This document shows, one piece after another, positions 38,627 through 49,900 of a stretch of 64,000 nucleotides of DNA. The stretch is from positions 32,001 to 96,000 of the IMG/VR virus record IMGVR_UViG_3300032020_000845; one strand, 5' to 3'. This DNA is from a virus. The translations under genes and the position numbers were made by a program. The notes under the pieces are model-generated. The model searched no databases. It was not told the DNA's origin and was given only the letters and a program-made list of their open reading frames with translations. Position 1 is the first letter of the stretch; each line of letters opens with the position of its first letter.

Positions 38627-41530
38627 ATGTCACTTAATAGTGTTCGAAAATTATGCGGTGGAGAGATTCCAAGTTTTATGAAAAAAGCTTTAGTTACCTT
38701 AGCGTATAGAGAAAAAGTTACTTTTTTGAAAGAAAAAGGGGCTATGTTATTCACTGACAAGGGATTTACAAAAATCGGTTGGAATCTTTTTCGTAAAACG
38801 CAGGATCCTGACGCTGGGTCGATCTGGACTGTTACAGCTATTAAAAATGATAAAGGTGAAGAGGAAAAATGGCTCGTGGCTTATGTTGATGAAGATAATA
38901 ATGTGTTGCGAAAAGTGAAAGCTTCTATAAAGAAAACTGCACAAGAAGAACCTTTGAGATTTAGGCCAAGCAAAACATATTTTCTAACAAATGAAGATTT
39001 AGAAGAAATGGAAATAGAACCAAGAAAAGGAGTTAGATTTGAGACTGATAGACTTGAATTTATTTGGGGGACATATGAATTAGTAAGACAGAGTATTTCT
39101 CAGGATGGGTGGTGGGTAAAAGAAGTAAAACTTGGTCCTCCTTATGGAGAAACAGAAAAAGGTGCTTCCACAAAAATCTCTCACACTCCAGGAACAATTG
39201 TTCAAATAACTGTTCCTCACGGAAACCTTTATGAAAAATATAATGGTAAAATAGGAGAAGTAGTTGCTGCAGTTCCAGACCGTTCTAAAGTTAGTTTTAA
39301 AGATATGCCTCCTTTTTGGTTTGAAGATAATGTAATTAATCCAATTGTTCCTTGCCCTCTTTGTAATGCAAATGTTTCTTTACAAATGTTAAAAAAGGTT
39401 GGGAAAGTTAAGTGTAAATGTAATGCTTTTTATACTTGGAGACAATTAGAAAAGATTGCAAATAATGATAGAATAAATAAAGTTGCTGCTGAAAAAATAA
39501 AGAAAATTGCTGATACTACTACAATAGAGGAAATAGATTTAGGTGGAGGTAAAAAAATTACTGTCGATTATAATAATTTTGATAACATGTATAGAGCATT
39601 TCTTACAAATGAACAAGGAATAACTGAGTCTGCCGCTACTAGAAATACTAAAGATGAAATTTATGAATGGGTTGAAGAAAAGAAAACAGAACTTAAAAAA
39701 ACCTCTACAAAAACCGCTCGAATTGAAGAAAGAAAAGGTGAATATTGTGTAATAGCAGAATCTGGTAGAAGTATGGGATGTTACTCTACAAAACCAGAAG
39801 CTGAGAAAAGATTAGACCAAGTAGAAATGTTTAAACATATGAAAGGTAAGAAAGCTCAGTTAACTGAACAAGATCCTGATTATATTCCTGGATGTCCAGC
39901 ATGTGAAGAAGCTGTAAAATGTGGTCTCGATTTTGAAGAAACTCATTCAACAGGATTTCCTGGTTTTTTGCAATTAGAAGATCCAGATACAGGTAAAGAA
40001 AGACTTATTCCTAGTCCTCATTATACATATGAAGAAAGAAAAAGATTAAGAGGTAAGAAAGCATGGAAAGATTCTAAAGGGGAAGAGATCAGTGCTGGAG
40101 ATTTTGTTCTTTACGCCAGAGATCAAGGATATGACATAGACGCAATAGTTAGGGCAATCAACCAGAGTGGGAATGCCACACTAGAGTTTGACGATGGGAG
40201 AGTTATCTATGATGTTCCTGTGACAGGACTGGTTAAATCAGGATCGAAGAAGAAAGCACAAGAGGAACATAAATTATCGACGGAAGAAATTATGCAACTT
40301 TTAGAGAGTACTAATACAGGGGGTTATTTTTATGCAGATAATTGCCGAATAAATTATTCAAGTGTTTCTGGTTGGTATTGTAAAGATTTTATTGGTGGTG
40401 AAATGGATACTTATAATATTACGGAGGATGAAGCAAGAAGAAAAATAGAAGAAAGTCTAGGAGATGGGAAGTTTGCTTCTAAAACTGCTCAAAATGTTAT
40501 TATGTGGTTTGATAGTCCAAATGTTTTAAAAAGTTTAAAGCATTTACAAGGACCTCCAACAAGTCCTGCTACAGAAAAGCCTTTTGAAAAACCTGAAGAA
40601 GAAGGTGATGAGGATGAATTAGAACCTGAAGAAGAGGTTGAAAAAGAAGCTTCGAGGAAAACTGTAGCGGATCCTTTTACGAACAAAAGATTTAGAATAG
40701 TTAACTTAGATAAATTTAGTATGGGTGATTTTGATATAGAAGATGAAGAAGAATATGAAGAACTTTTAAGACATAATAATAAATATGCTCTTGTTACAGG
40801 TATTGCTATTTTAGGGTGGACTTTAGAAGAATATTATGTTGATGTACGCTTTGATGACGATTATATAATAACAGGCTTAAGTGTGTATCATTTAGAAGGA
40901 ATAAAAGAAGCATCAACAAAAACAGCTCAAACTAAATTTGAATTAGAAGAATTAGTAAAAAAATATCAAAAAGGTTTTCCAGATATTCCTGAAAGTGATA
41001 TTAGGGTAGGTATAAAATATGTATTAAAACAACACCCAAACAAAAATCCTGAAGATTTAGATGCGGAAATTGATGGAGAATTACAAGCTATCTATGAGGA
41101 TTTTTATAAACCAAGATTAGCTTCAATAGAAATAGTTGGTAAAAAAATTGAAAGTATTGTAAAAGAAGCAGATGGAATGGAAAGTTTAAGGGGTGGAGGA
41201 CAGGGAGGAGGTTCAAGTAAATTGGAACCAATGCAATGGAATGTGCAGGAATCAAAATATCCTCCTCTGCCTAAAGAAGAAGAAGAGGAAGGTAAAGAAG
41301 TTCCTGAAACGGAAGAAGTTGAAAAAATTATAGTAGAAATTGACCCGGAAAGTAAATCTGTTCACGTGAATTTTAAGGGAGAAAAAGAGGGAGAAAAAGA
41401 GGGAGAAGAAGAAGTAAAAACTAAAGAACCAACAGAAATTCCTAAAGGAGCTGAAGTTCCTCCTGAAACAAAAGAAAAAGAAACAGAAGAGGGAGAGGAA
41501 GTTACGCCGGAGTCGCCAGTCGTTTTTTGA
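38627..41530 (+). CDS. giant modular protein 1 with recurring AS..KTA/KKA linkers
   Basis: 967 aa, acidic; repeated basic linker motifs between small domains. Confidence 0.8.
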   Translation: MSLNSVRKLCGGEIPSFMKKALVTLAYREKVTFLKEKGAMLFTDKGFTKIGWNLFRKTQDPDAGSIWTVTAIKNDKGEEEKWLVAYVDEDNNVLRKVKASIKKTAQEEPLRFRPSKTYFLTNEDLEEMEIEPRKGVRFETDRLEFIWGTYELVRQSISQDGWWVKEVKLGPPYGETEKGASTKISHTPGTIVQITVPHGNLYEKYNGKIGEVVAAVPDRSKVSFKDMPPFWFEDNVINPIVPCPLCNANVSLQMLKKVGKVKCKCNAFYTWRQLEKIANNDRINKVAAEKIKKIADTTTIEEIDLGGGKKITVDYNNFDNMYRAFLTNEQGITESAATRNTKDEIYEWVEEKKTELKKTSTKTARIEERKGEYCVIAESGRSMGCYSTKPEAEKRLDQVEMFKHMKGKKAQLTEQDPDYIPGCPACEEAVKCGLDFEETHSTGFPGFLQLEDPDTGKERLIPSPHYTYEERKRLRGKKAWKDSKGEEISAGDFVLYARDQGYDIDAIVRAINQSGNATLEFDDGRVIYDVPVTGLVKSGSKKKAQEEHKLSTEEIMQLLESTNTGGYFYADNCRINYSSVSGWYCKDFIGGEMDTYNITEDEARRKIEESLGDGKFASKTAQNVIMWFDSPNVLKSLKHLQGPPTSPATEKPFEKPEEEGDEDELEPEEEVEKEASRKTVADPFTNKRFRIVNLDKFSMGDFDIEDEEEYEELLRHNNKYALVTGIAILGWTLEEYYVDVRFDDDYIITGLSVYHLEGIKEASTKTAQTKFELEELVKKYQKGFPDIPESDIRVGIKYVLKQHPNKNPEDLDAEIDGELQAIYEDFYKPRLASIEIVGKKIESIVKEADGMESLRGGGQGGGSSKLEPMQWNVQESKYPPLPKEEEEEGKEVPETEEVEKIIVEIDPESKSVHVNFKGEKEGEKEGEEEVKTKEPTEIPKGAEVPPETKEKETEEGEEVTPESPVVF

Positions 41531-41567
41531 AAATAATTAGAAAATAAAATTTAATTGGAGGTAAACA

Positions 41568-44500
41568 ATGTTAATTCCAAAAGAACCAGAAAAAAATAAA
41601 AAAACACACAAAAAGTGGTTTAAGGCAGAGAAGCTAAAAAAAGTTGCTAAGAAAGAATCGTTGCCTCAAGAAAAGGAAGACTTAATAAGAAAACATGGAC
41701 AATCAAATATGAAAGAAACTGTTCTTTCATACGCTTGCACAAATTGTAAACATTCCTTTAGTGCTAATAGTTTAAGAAAAGAAATTATTGAGTCTGCAAA
41801 AAAAGGAAGCACTCTTGTTTATTGCCCAAAATGTGGTCTATTTCTTGTTGCAGATCGTAAAACAAAGATTCCTTCTAAACTTGGTTCAAAAATAAACAGG
41901 AACGCTGATCTAACTGCTATATATCCCAATCAAGGAATAGTTCCAGGCTATGTGCCTAATACTTGGGTTGATCGTGCTTTACTTGAAAAAATTTGTCACG
42001 AACTAGGAAAATATGCCGAATCAGTAGGTATGTTTAATCCTCAATTAAAATTTCAAAGAGGCATTCGAGGAAAAGTTCGTGAAGGTTCTCCTCAAAATGT
42101 GAAATACGCGGAGTATACAATAGAGTCTGTGGATAATTATGATGTTAGATTTCGTGTTATTGCTACTGCTGGAATTACTCCTATCGGAAAAGTAATAATT
42201 TCTAATGTGTTTAGAACCTTGGACGGTAGAGAAATATCGTTCACACAAGAAGGAGTTGAAGGTTTTGTATCAGGTAAAGTTTATGGTTCTCCAGACGTTA
42301 AACCTGTTGTTCCTCAAATTTATTACAAAGAGCGTGATCCTTCGAGGTTTAGAGAAATAGTTGCTTCAAAGAAAACCGCTTTTGTGAAAGGTATTGATGA
42401 TATTCCTAATATGGAGTTTTCAGAAATGAAAAGAAAAGTTATGGAAAGGTTAAAACGAAAGTATCCAGAATTCAAAATTTCAGATCTTGATGCTTATTCA
42501 GATAATACTATTGACGGGATGAGAGATCATTGGACTGATTTTGGCAATCCTCGTATGACTGTTCAAGATTGGTTTGAAAATGTTGTGGATACGATCGATG
42601 CTGATTTAGAGGAGGAGGCTAGTCAGTTTATTACTAGAAAAAAAACAGCAGCAGGTGTTCCTATTCCTGGTCAACAAATTGAATATCAAGGAAAGATATA
42701 TACAGTTGATACTGTTGTTGGAGATACTTCTATATTAAAAGATGAAACAGGATTACAAACAGCTCCGGTTCCTAATTTAGAGTTAAATATTCAACAAGGA
42801 GGTTCTGGTTTAGCAGCTCCTGCTGCTCCTATTACAGCTCCAGTTGCTAAAAAGATTGAAGAAATTGTTAAAAGAGGATTAAGGGATGAAAAAACTTTAG
42901 TTCCATTTACTGAATCGGATCCTGATTATAGTGTTGCAAAACAAACTGATGTTGATCCAGATTTTAGTACTCCTTATGAGAAATCTGACCAAGGGATTCT
43001 TGAGGAAAAGGATAGAGCTGTTCAGCAAATGTTTAGAGGAGGAACTTCAGTAAGACCTACTAAATCTGCTGCAGAGATAAGATGGCAAAGAGTGAAGGAT
43101 GAGTTTTATGATACAGTAGAACAAGATACTGGTCCTTGGGTTTTGAAAACCCTTTCTCTTGAATCATATGTGGATGTACCAAAACATTGGCTAGATGCTT
43201 TGAGAAAAGATCCAGAAGGCCTTTCTCAAAATTTTGTTTCACATTGGGCTGAGAAACATAGTTATACGTTGCGAGACGATGAAAAACGAGAACTTCAAAA
43301 ATTATTTGTAGATTGGGTGTTTGAATTTGAGACTGAAAAAGAAGCTTCTCTAACCAAAACTGCTCCTGAAAAAGCTGACCTTGAAAGTATGGTTCAAAAA
43401 TGTATGAGAGACAAAGGATGGGAACATGCTAAGTGTATGAATTATGTTGCTGGAGGTGTTTGGCATAGAAAAGGGAAAGTAGATGGACTACATCCCGGAA
43501 TGCATGGCCACACAAAAGATGGCTATAAATTTGTTATTCTTGATGTTCAGGGAAATGAAATTCAAGTTGACCAAGAAAATATAAGTGGTTCTTTTTGGAC
43601 TGACCGAAATGAATGGGAAGGAAAAGAAAGTCCTCAATATGTTGAAAAATCATTGGAACCAGGAATGTATGGAAATACAAAAGATGGTTATAAATTTGTT
43701 ATTCTTGATGTTGAAGGAGATACAATTCAAGTTGACCAAGAAAATATAAGTGGTTCTTTTTGGATTGGTAGAAACGAGTGGGAGAAAAAAGAAGCTCCTC
43801 ACTATCTCCAATATGTTGGAAAACCATTGGAGGAGGAAGAGGGAGAAAAGGAAGCTTCAATAAAGAAAATAGCTGAACCAACAGGTTATCACGAAACGGA
43901 TGAAACAGGAAAACAAATTGAACTTTCTCGTTTAAGAACACTTGTTGAGGATTATTATAGAGCAGGACAATTTCCCCCAGATTTTGATTATACTAAAGTA
44001 ATGTCAGAGGTTTCTCGAATGACAAGAAAACAACTATTAGATATTCTTGACAAAAAACTTAAAGATACTCATTATCCTGTTGTTCATGCGAAGAAGAAAA
44101 CAGCTGTTAGAACAAATATGTTATGTGTTGATAGTGAAGGAGAAAAGATTCAGTTTAAAAAATTGGAAGATGTTTTTAATGATTTAGATGATAGATTTTT
44201 ATCAAATATATACGATGAATTGGAGTGGCTTCCTTTGGATTCGAGAAAACTTAAAGAGGTATTAAAACTACTTGGATATTCTCGTATTACTAATAATGAT
44301 ATACAACAGTTATTACAATGGATAAAAGAAGAATCTCCAGAATGGTTTATGACTCTTGAAGAATATAAAAAAGTAGCGGAAGGATTTATTCAAGAAAGTC
44401 TGAAAAAAGTTGCTTCAACAAAAACAGCAGCTACAGTAGATGAGATTAATGAGATTCTTCAAAAAAACTATGGAATAACTTTTTCTATATATAGTAGAAG

Positions 44501-45749
44501 GATGAAATCCCTTCTAGACAGAATCCTCAAAGATAAAGGTTTTCCAATAGAAGAGTCGATAGATTCTTGGATGAAAGAAACTGATGGAGGAAAGCTAATT
44601 GTTGGATCAAAAGGTAAATCATCTAACCAAATAGTTCAAGAAATTCGAAAAGCAGATCTTACTGAAAAGGATATTAAAAAACAAATTAAAGATGAAGAAG
44701 AAGGCGAAGAAACTTATAATGAAATGGCAACGGAAGTTGTATGTCCAAAAGCAGAAAAAGCTTTAGAAGATATGGCTGATGATGAAGCGGCTCACGCAGA
44801 AAAGTTAGAGGAAATTGTTTTACCTGCTGTTGAAGAAGAAGAAGAGGATACTGAGAAAGAAGCTTCAATAAAAACAGCAGTTGAGTATGATAGTTGGGAT
44901 AGTGAGGAATTAGATAATGGATGGACAGTTATTGGTGATCAAAGAAGTGATGATTCTGACTATAAACTTGTACGAGTTAGGGATACGGAAACTGCAAGTC
45001 ATTATAAAACTCTTGCTAAAGGGTATAATGTTCTAGATTTTGAAGAGTATGTAGAAGAAGTTAAAAAGTGGCCTCCACCTTCATTTACAAAAAAGAAAAC
45101 AGCTCAAGAAGAAGTAGAAGAAGAAAAACCAAAAACAGAATATAAAGAATTAAAAACAAAACCACACAAACCAGAGTTGGAAGTAGAAGAAGAAGCTATT
45201 GTTGCAACTCCAGAAATGCAAAAAACTTTTCACGAAATACAGAACCATAAGCAAAGGTTGACAGAAATTAAAGCTCTTATAGAGGAATCTCGACGTAAGG
45301 TGGAAGAGGAAATTCGTAAAATTCAGGAGGAACACGGAGCGATTAAGGAAGCGTCAGATGTGCAGGAGGGGATCGAAAAGTTAGCTGCTCTTGTTGAACA
45401 AGCTGAAACTCAAATAGTTGACCTTGGAGAATTTTTTGCACATTTAGATACATCTATAAAGGAGAAAAAATTTAAGCCTTCAGATGCGTGGAGAGTCCAA
45501 AAGTTATTGGAAAAATTTGGAAAGGAGGCGGAAACTTATTTAGATAAGGCTGAAAAGGGATCTAATTCTTTAAATACTGAAGTGAAACAACGTATTCTTA
45601 CAGTATTTCCAAAACGTGAAGGATCTATTGAAAAGGAAGCTACTGTTTTTGATGCTATAAGAGAACTTGGAGAAAATCTTTGGTCATATGTTAAGTCTTT
45701 AAGTGAAATTTCAGCAGAAGGAGAACAATTGGAATTAGTTCTGGAATAA
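41568..45749 (+). CDS. giant modular protein 2 with recurring EKEAS..KTA linkers
   Basis: 1393 aa; zinc ribbon, 55-aa tandem duplication, ferritin-like ExxH segment, coiled coil. Confidence 0.8.
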   Translation: MLIPKEPEKNKKTHKKWFKAEKLKKVAKKESLPQEKEDLIRKHGQSNMKETVLSYACTNCKHSFSANSLRKEIIESAKKGSTLVYCPKCGLFLVADRKTKIPSKLGSKINRNADLTAIYPNQGIVPGYVPNTWVDRALLEKICHELGKYAESVGMFNPQLKFQRGIRGKVREGSPQNVKYAEYTIESVDNYDVRFRVIATAGITPIGKVIISNVFRTLDGREISFTQEGVEGFVSGKVYGSPDVKPVVPQIYYKERDPSRFREIVASKKTAFVKGIDDIPNMEFSEMKRKVMERLKRKYPEFKISDLDAYSDNTIDGMRDHWTDFGNPRMTVQDWFENVVDTIDADLEEEASQFITRKKTAAGVPIPGQQIEYQGKIYTVDTVVGDTSILKDETGLQTAPVPNLELNIQQGGSGLAAPAAPITAPVAKKIEEIVKRGLRDEKTLVPFTESDPDYSVAKQTDVDPDFSTPYEKSDQGILEEKDRAVQQMFRGGTSVRPTKSAAEIRWQRVKDEFYDTVEQDTGPWVLKTLSLESYVDVPKHWLDALRKDPEGLSQNFVSHWAEKHSYTLRDDEKRELQKLFVDWVFEFETEKEASLTKTAPEKADLESMVQKCMRDKGWEHAKCMNYVAGGVWHRKGKVDGLHPGMHGHTKDGYKFVILDVQGNEIQVDQENISGSFWTDRNEWEGKESPQYVEKSLEPGMYGNTKDGYKFVILDVEGDTIQVDQENISGSFWIGRNEWEKKEAPHYLQYVGKPLEEEEGEKEASIKKIAEPTGYHETDETGKQIELSRLRTLVEDYYRAGQFPPDFDYTKVMSEVSRMTRKQLLDILDKKLKDTHYPVVHAKKKTAVRTNMLCVDSEGEKIQFKKLEDVFNDLDDRFLSNIYDELEWLPLDSRKLKEVLKLLGYSRITNNDIQQLLQWIKEESPEWFMTLEEYKKVAEGFIQESLKKVASTKTAATVDEINEILQKNYGITFSIYSRRMKSLLDRILKDKGFPIEESIDSWMKETDGGKLIVGSKGKSSNQIVQEIRKADLTEKDIKKQIKDEEEGEETYNEMATEVVCPKAEKALEDMADDEAAHAEKLEEIVLPAVEEEEEDTEKEASIKTAVEYDSWDSEELDNGWTVIGDQRSDDSDYKLVRVRDTETASHYKTLAKGYNVLDFEEYVEEVKKWPPPSFTKKKTAQEEVEEEKPKTEYKELKTKPHKPELEVEEEAIVATPEMQKTFHEIQNHKQRLTEIKALIEESRRKVEEEIRKIQEEHGAIKEASDVQEGIEKLAALVEQAETQIVDLGEFFAHLDTSIKEKKFKPSDAWRVQKLLEKFGKEAETYLDKAEKGSNSLNTEVKQRILTVFPKREGSIEKEATVFDAIRELGENLWSYVKSLSEISAEGEQLELVLE
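43488..43830 (+). repeat. 165-bp (55-aa) tandem duplication within giant protein 2
   Basis: PGMxGxTKDGYKFVILDVxGxxIQVDQENISGSFW twice, starting at 43488 and 43653. Confidence 0.9.
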
Positions 45750-45764
45750 ATAAGAGGAAAAATT

Positions 45765-45911
45765 ATGAAATGTCCAAAGTGTAATGTAGAACTACAGCAA
45801 TGTAAAAATGGAATTGTGGTAGGATCTTTAAAAGATGGTATAAAAATATCTCTTTGGGAATGCCTCAAGTGTGGTTATTTAAAGACCTTAAAAGAGAAGG
45901 TTAAGTTTTAA
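45765..45911 (+). CDS. 48-aa zinc-ribbon protein
   Basis: MKCPKC...WECLKCG; GAGG RBS. Confidence 0.55.
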   Translation: MKCPKCNVELQQCKNGIVVGSLKDGIKISLWECLKCGYLKTLKEKVKF

Positions 45912-45927
45912 TAACTTAGGAGACTAA

Positions 45928-46704
45928 ATGGAACAACATTCGAGTGGCAGTTCTATCCCCAAACCTAAAACACCCGGATTACTCAGAGTGTCTAAGAGGT
46001 GTAAGATATGTCAAAATCTTCCTTACCTTAATGAAATTACTACGGTTCTTTTAGAAGGACAAATGACTTATAGGGAAATCATTGAAAAGTGGGGAGATAA
46101 ATTTACTCCTCCTTTGACTCCTACTAATATTAACAGTCACAAAAACCATTGTAATCCTAAAAAGGCGGCTGAGATTGATGCTAAGAAGCGGGAACTTTCT
46201 TTAGTAGATCTTGATCCTGCTGTTGTTGAATTATACAAACAGAAATATGACGAAACTTTAAACAAAATAAAAACAGTTAGTTTATTATATGAAGCTCGGG
46301 TTAAAAATCTTTGGGAGCTATTAGCATACAAAAAGAGTATAGAAAATATAAATGCTTCAGAGAGATCTGTTGCTGACAGAAAGACTTTAAAAGATTTGAC
46401 AATTTCGATTGACGAAATTATGAGAGGCCTTACGAAGGATTTGTTGACACACGTTAAAATAGAACAAGGTCCTGGAACTGTTAATGTTAATATTGCAATG
46501 GTCCAGAACTTTAAGGAAGGAGTAACAAAGTTTATTGAGGATTTTGTGGAAGTGTTGATTGAAGAAATTGACGATCCTCTTATTCAAAATAGAATAAAAG
46601 AACGTTTTGTAGAAAAGCTTGATGAAAGAATATTACCTTTGTTAGATCCAAAAAAAGCAATTATTGTTGATGCAAAAATTGTATATGATGAAAATGAAGA
46701 ATAA
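45928..46704 (+). CDS. probable terminase small subunit
   Basis: CKIC..HTH..HKNH N-terminus, helical body; two genes upstream of TerL. Confidence 0.5.
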   Translation: MEQHSSGSSIPKPKTPGLLRVSKRCKICQNLPYLNEITTVLLEGQMTYREIIEKWGDKFTPPLTPTNINSHKNHCNPKKAAEIDAKKRELSLVDLDPAVVELYKQKYDETLNKIKTVSLLYEARVKNLWELLAYKKSIENINASERSVADRKTLKDLTISIDEIMRGLTKDLLTHVKIEQGPGTVNVNIAMVQNFKEGVTKFIEDFVEVLIEEIDDPLIQNRIKERFVEKLDERILPLLDPKKAIIVDAKIVYDENEE

Positions 46705-46715
46705 AAGAGGAAAAA

Positions 46716-46946
46716 ATGGCTTTAATTATACCTCAAGGTAGAAATAAAGGATTGAGAAAAGAAGCGGTTATTATTGTCACTTCATTAGAAGATCCTTTTA
46801 ATTATGTTAAAATGAACGGCAAAACACCTCATTATTTTATGGAAGATCCTAAGGATACAGAAGTTCTTTATGTGAGTACAGAACCTTTTACATTATCTCA
46901 AGCGCGAAAAGCATATGAGGTAGAGTTTGGTGAAATTGGCGAATAA
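46716..46946 (+). CDS. hypothetical protein
   Basis: ORF with GAGG RBS. Confidence 0.55.
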   Translation: MALIIPQGRNKGLRKEAVIIVTSLEDPFNYVKMNGKTPHYFMEDPKDTEVLYVSTEPFTLSQARKAYEVEFGEIGE

Positions 46947-46949
46947 AGT

Positions 46950-49900
46950 ATGTCCTTTAAAGAAATCGTAGACGAAAAATATAAAGAAAAGTCAGAACTG
47001 ATTGCTCCTATGGAATCAGTTGATGCTTTAACTTTTGTTACCTCTCACAAATGGTTAGGAGAAAAACCATTTCCGTCTCAAAGTCTTATTTTAAAATTGT
47101 TATATGGATTGTGGAAAAAATACCCTATTATTGAGGAAGAACAGAAATTAATTGATACTTTAAAGACTGCGTGGAATATTAACATTGATTTAGAAAACAG
47201 AGATATAAATCAAGTTATTGAAGTTTTAATTCTTGTAATTGGCCGTAGAGGAAGTAAAAGTTCAGTTGTTTCTTGGATTGCATCATTTGAGGCTTATAAA
47301 CTTTTATGTAAAGGAAATCCACAAAAGTATTACAAAATAAGAGAAAGACACCCTATACATATTCTTAATTGTGCTTCTGATGGAGATCAAGCTAAAGAAA
47401 CGTTTAATCTTATAAAAGACAATATTAAGAAAATTGATTTTTTCCAAAAATATATAGATTTTGACAAAGACAACGAAACAGAAATGCGTTTATTCTCTCC
47501 ATATGATTTATTTTTAAATTCTCAAATACGTAGATATAATGAAACTCGGGGAAAAGGATCAATGAAAAAGAACCTATTGCGGGGTTCTATTTGTATTGAG
47601 TCTGTTACTACATCTGCTGCAACTAAAAGAGGAAAAGCAATCATTGGGTTAATTTTTGACGAATTTGCTCATTTTGGAAGATCTAAATATAGAAAAAGAA
47701 CTTTGGAAGTTATGGAAGCACCTCAAACTGATCATGCAATGTGGGTTGCTCTTACCCCTTCTGTAAAAGATTTTGGAAAAGACGGATTAATTATTGCAAT
47801 TAGTAGCCCTGCAGAAAAAGCTGGAGAATTTTATACTTTGTATTGTTTAGCTGGGGGAATGGAACAAAATGAAAGTGAAAAACTTCCACCGAATCCAAAA
47901 TATTTATTGTTACAGCTTTCGACTTGGCAAGCAAATCCAAGGTTTGTAAAAGAAGATTTTGTAGATGATTATAGTAAAGATCCTGTAAATGCTTCAATGG
48001 AATATGGAGCACATTTTGCAGAACCAGCAGCTTCATTTTTAAATCCTCAAAGAATTGACGATATGGTAGTTGAAGGAGCCCCAATTTTGTTACGGGGTAG
48101 GTCAGGACAATTGTATATTATTGTAGTTGATCCAGCGAGTACTAGTGATACTTATGCAATTGCTTGGGGGCATAGAGAAGATAGACCAACTGAAAAGTAT
48201 TGGATTGATGGTTTGAAGGGATTCGAACCTACAACGAAAAGATTAGGGGATGGAAGGATTATTATAGAACCAATTGACTCTGACATTGTAATGGATTTTC
48301 TTTTAACTTTAATTAGAAATTTAAATGTGATGGGAAAGCAGGTTATGGAAATTTGTTATGATCAATGGAATTGTAAGATAGGATCAGCTAAACTTTTTAC
48401 AAATGAAGGAATGAAAACAATTGAAGAATTGTGTAAAGAAAACAAGCCTATTTTAGTTGCAACAAAAGATGGTTTTGCAAAGGCTGAAAAATTTTATGAT
48501 AATGGTGTAAGATCTGTTGTAAAAATTCGAACTAAATTTGGTTATGAAGATGTGGGCACTAAAAATCATCCTTTTTGGACTAAAAAGGAATGGCAGTGTA
48601 TTGGAGATTTAAAAGTAGGAGATGAAGTAGCAATACAACCTTCTGCACTTTTTAATAAGTGCTCAACAATTTCTGTAAACAGAGCTATTATTTATGGGTA
48701 TTTAACATCTGAGGGGCAATGTTCTGGAAATAACACTATAATTGGATTTTCTAATATTGAAAAAGATATTCTTGATGATTATTGCTTTTTATTTGAACAA
48801 GAATTTGGAAAAGTTCCTCATAGAAGGCTTATTAATAAAAAATTTTATAAGACGAGGAAAGATTCAAGAGGGAACATTGTATTGGAGGATACTGCAGCCT
48901 TATGGTCAAAAGAGATTACTGAAGAATTACGAAAGCATGAAGTATTAGGGACGTCATTTACAAAACATGTGCCCAAACCTATTCGCGAAGGGTCAAAAGA
49001 AGTGTGTTGTGCTTATCTTTCTGCATTATTCGAAGGAGATGGAACAATTGGATTTTATCCACAAAAAAATACAAAATATGGACAAACAGATACTTATATT
49101 TGTTATGATTCTCGTTCTGAAGACCTTGTTAAAGATGTGCATTTAATTCTATTAAATTTGGGAATAATATCTTCGAGAATGACCGGCATACAAGTAGGAA
49201 AACCTGTACATAGAATAACAATTAGAGGAAAGAATATTGATAGATTTGCAGTTCTTATAGGTTTTCGTGGTAAACGAAAAAAAGCACGTTTAGAAAAAGT
49301 TTTAGATCATCGTAGGCCATTGAAGAAATTTAGAGTTAAATCTTATTTGGATAATGATAATATTTTTTGGGATAAGATTATCTCAATTGAAGAAATGCCT
49401 CCAGAAAGAGTATATGATATTACTGTTCCAGGAAAGCATTCTTTTGTTGTTAATGGATTTATTACTCATAATAGTATTGATAGTATTCGTACATTGAGAA
49501 AAATGAAATTACCCGCATTTGAAACAACTTTTACGAACCCATATAAAGGTGTTATATATGGGACCTTTTTAGAAAAATTAAATCAAGGACAAATGTGTTG
49601 CTATGAAATAGATCCTGATCCTGCTGAGAACTGGGTTGCTAAGTTAAAATTAGAATTAAAATATTTACAAAAGATAATAAGTGGGGGAACTACATATTAT
49701 GCAGCTCCAACAAGTGGTCCAGTTACCACAGATGATTTTGCAGATTGTTGTGCTAATTTAGTATACCGATTATCATCTCGTAAAGAAATGTCAAGCAAAA
49801 CTATTAGAGAATTACATAAGCAACTTGGATCTCCAATTCCATTAGGAAGAGTTATTAATCCTCAAAAAGGGGGCCCAATATGGGGGGGTAAGAAAAAAGA

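Noticed and set aside
43488-43830. Diversity-generating retroelement template/variable repeat pair
   Set aside because: Both copies are in frame within one ORF, the differences are not confined to adenines, and no reverse transcriptase is present in the window.
1935-45851. 18-nt exact match GATGGTATAAAAATATCT between the ORFs at 1779 and 45765
   Set aside because: A single AT-rich match of this length is plausible by chance in 64 kb, and the flanks are unrelated.
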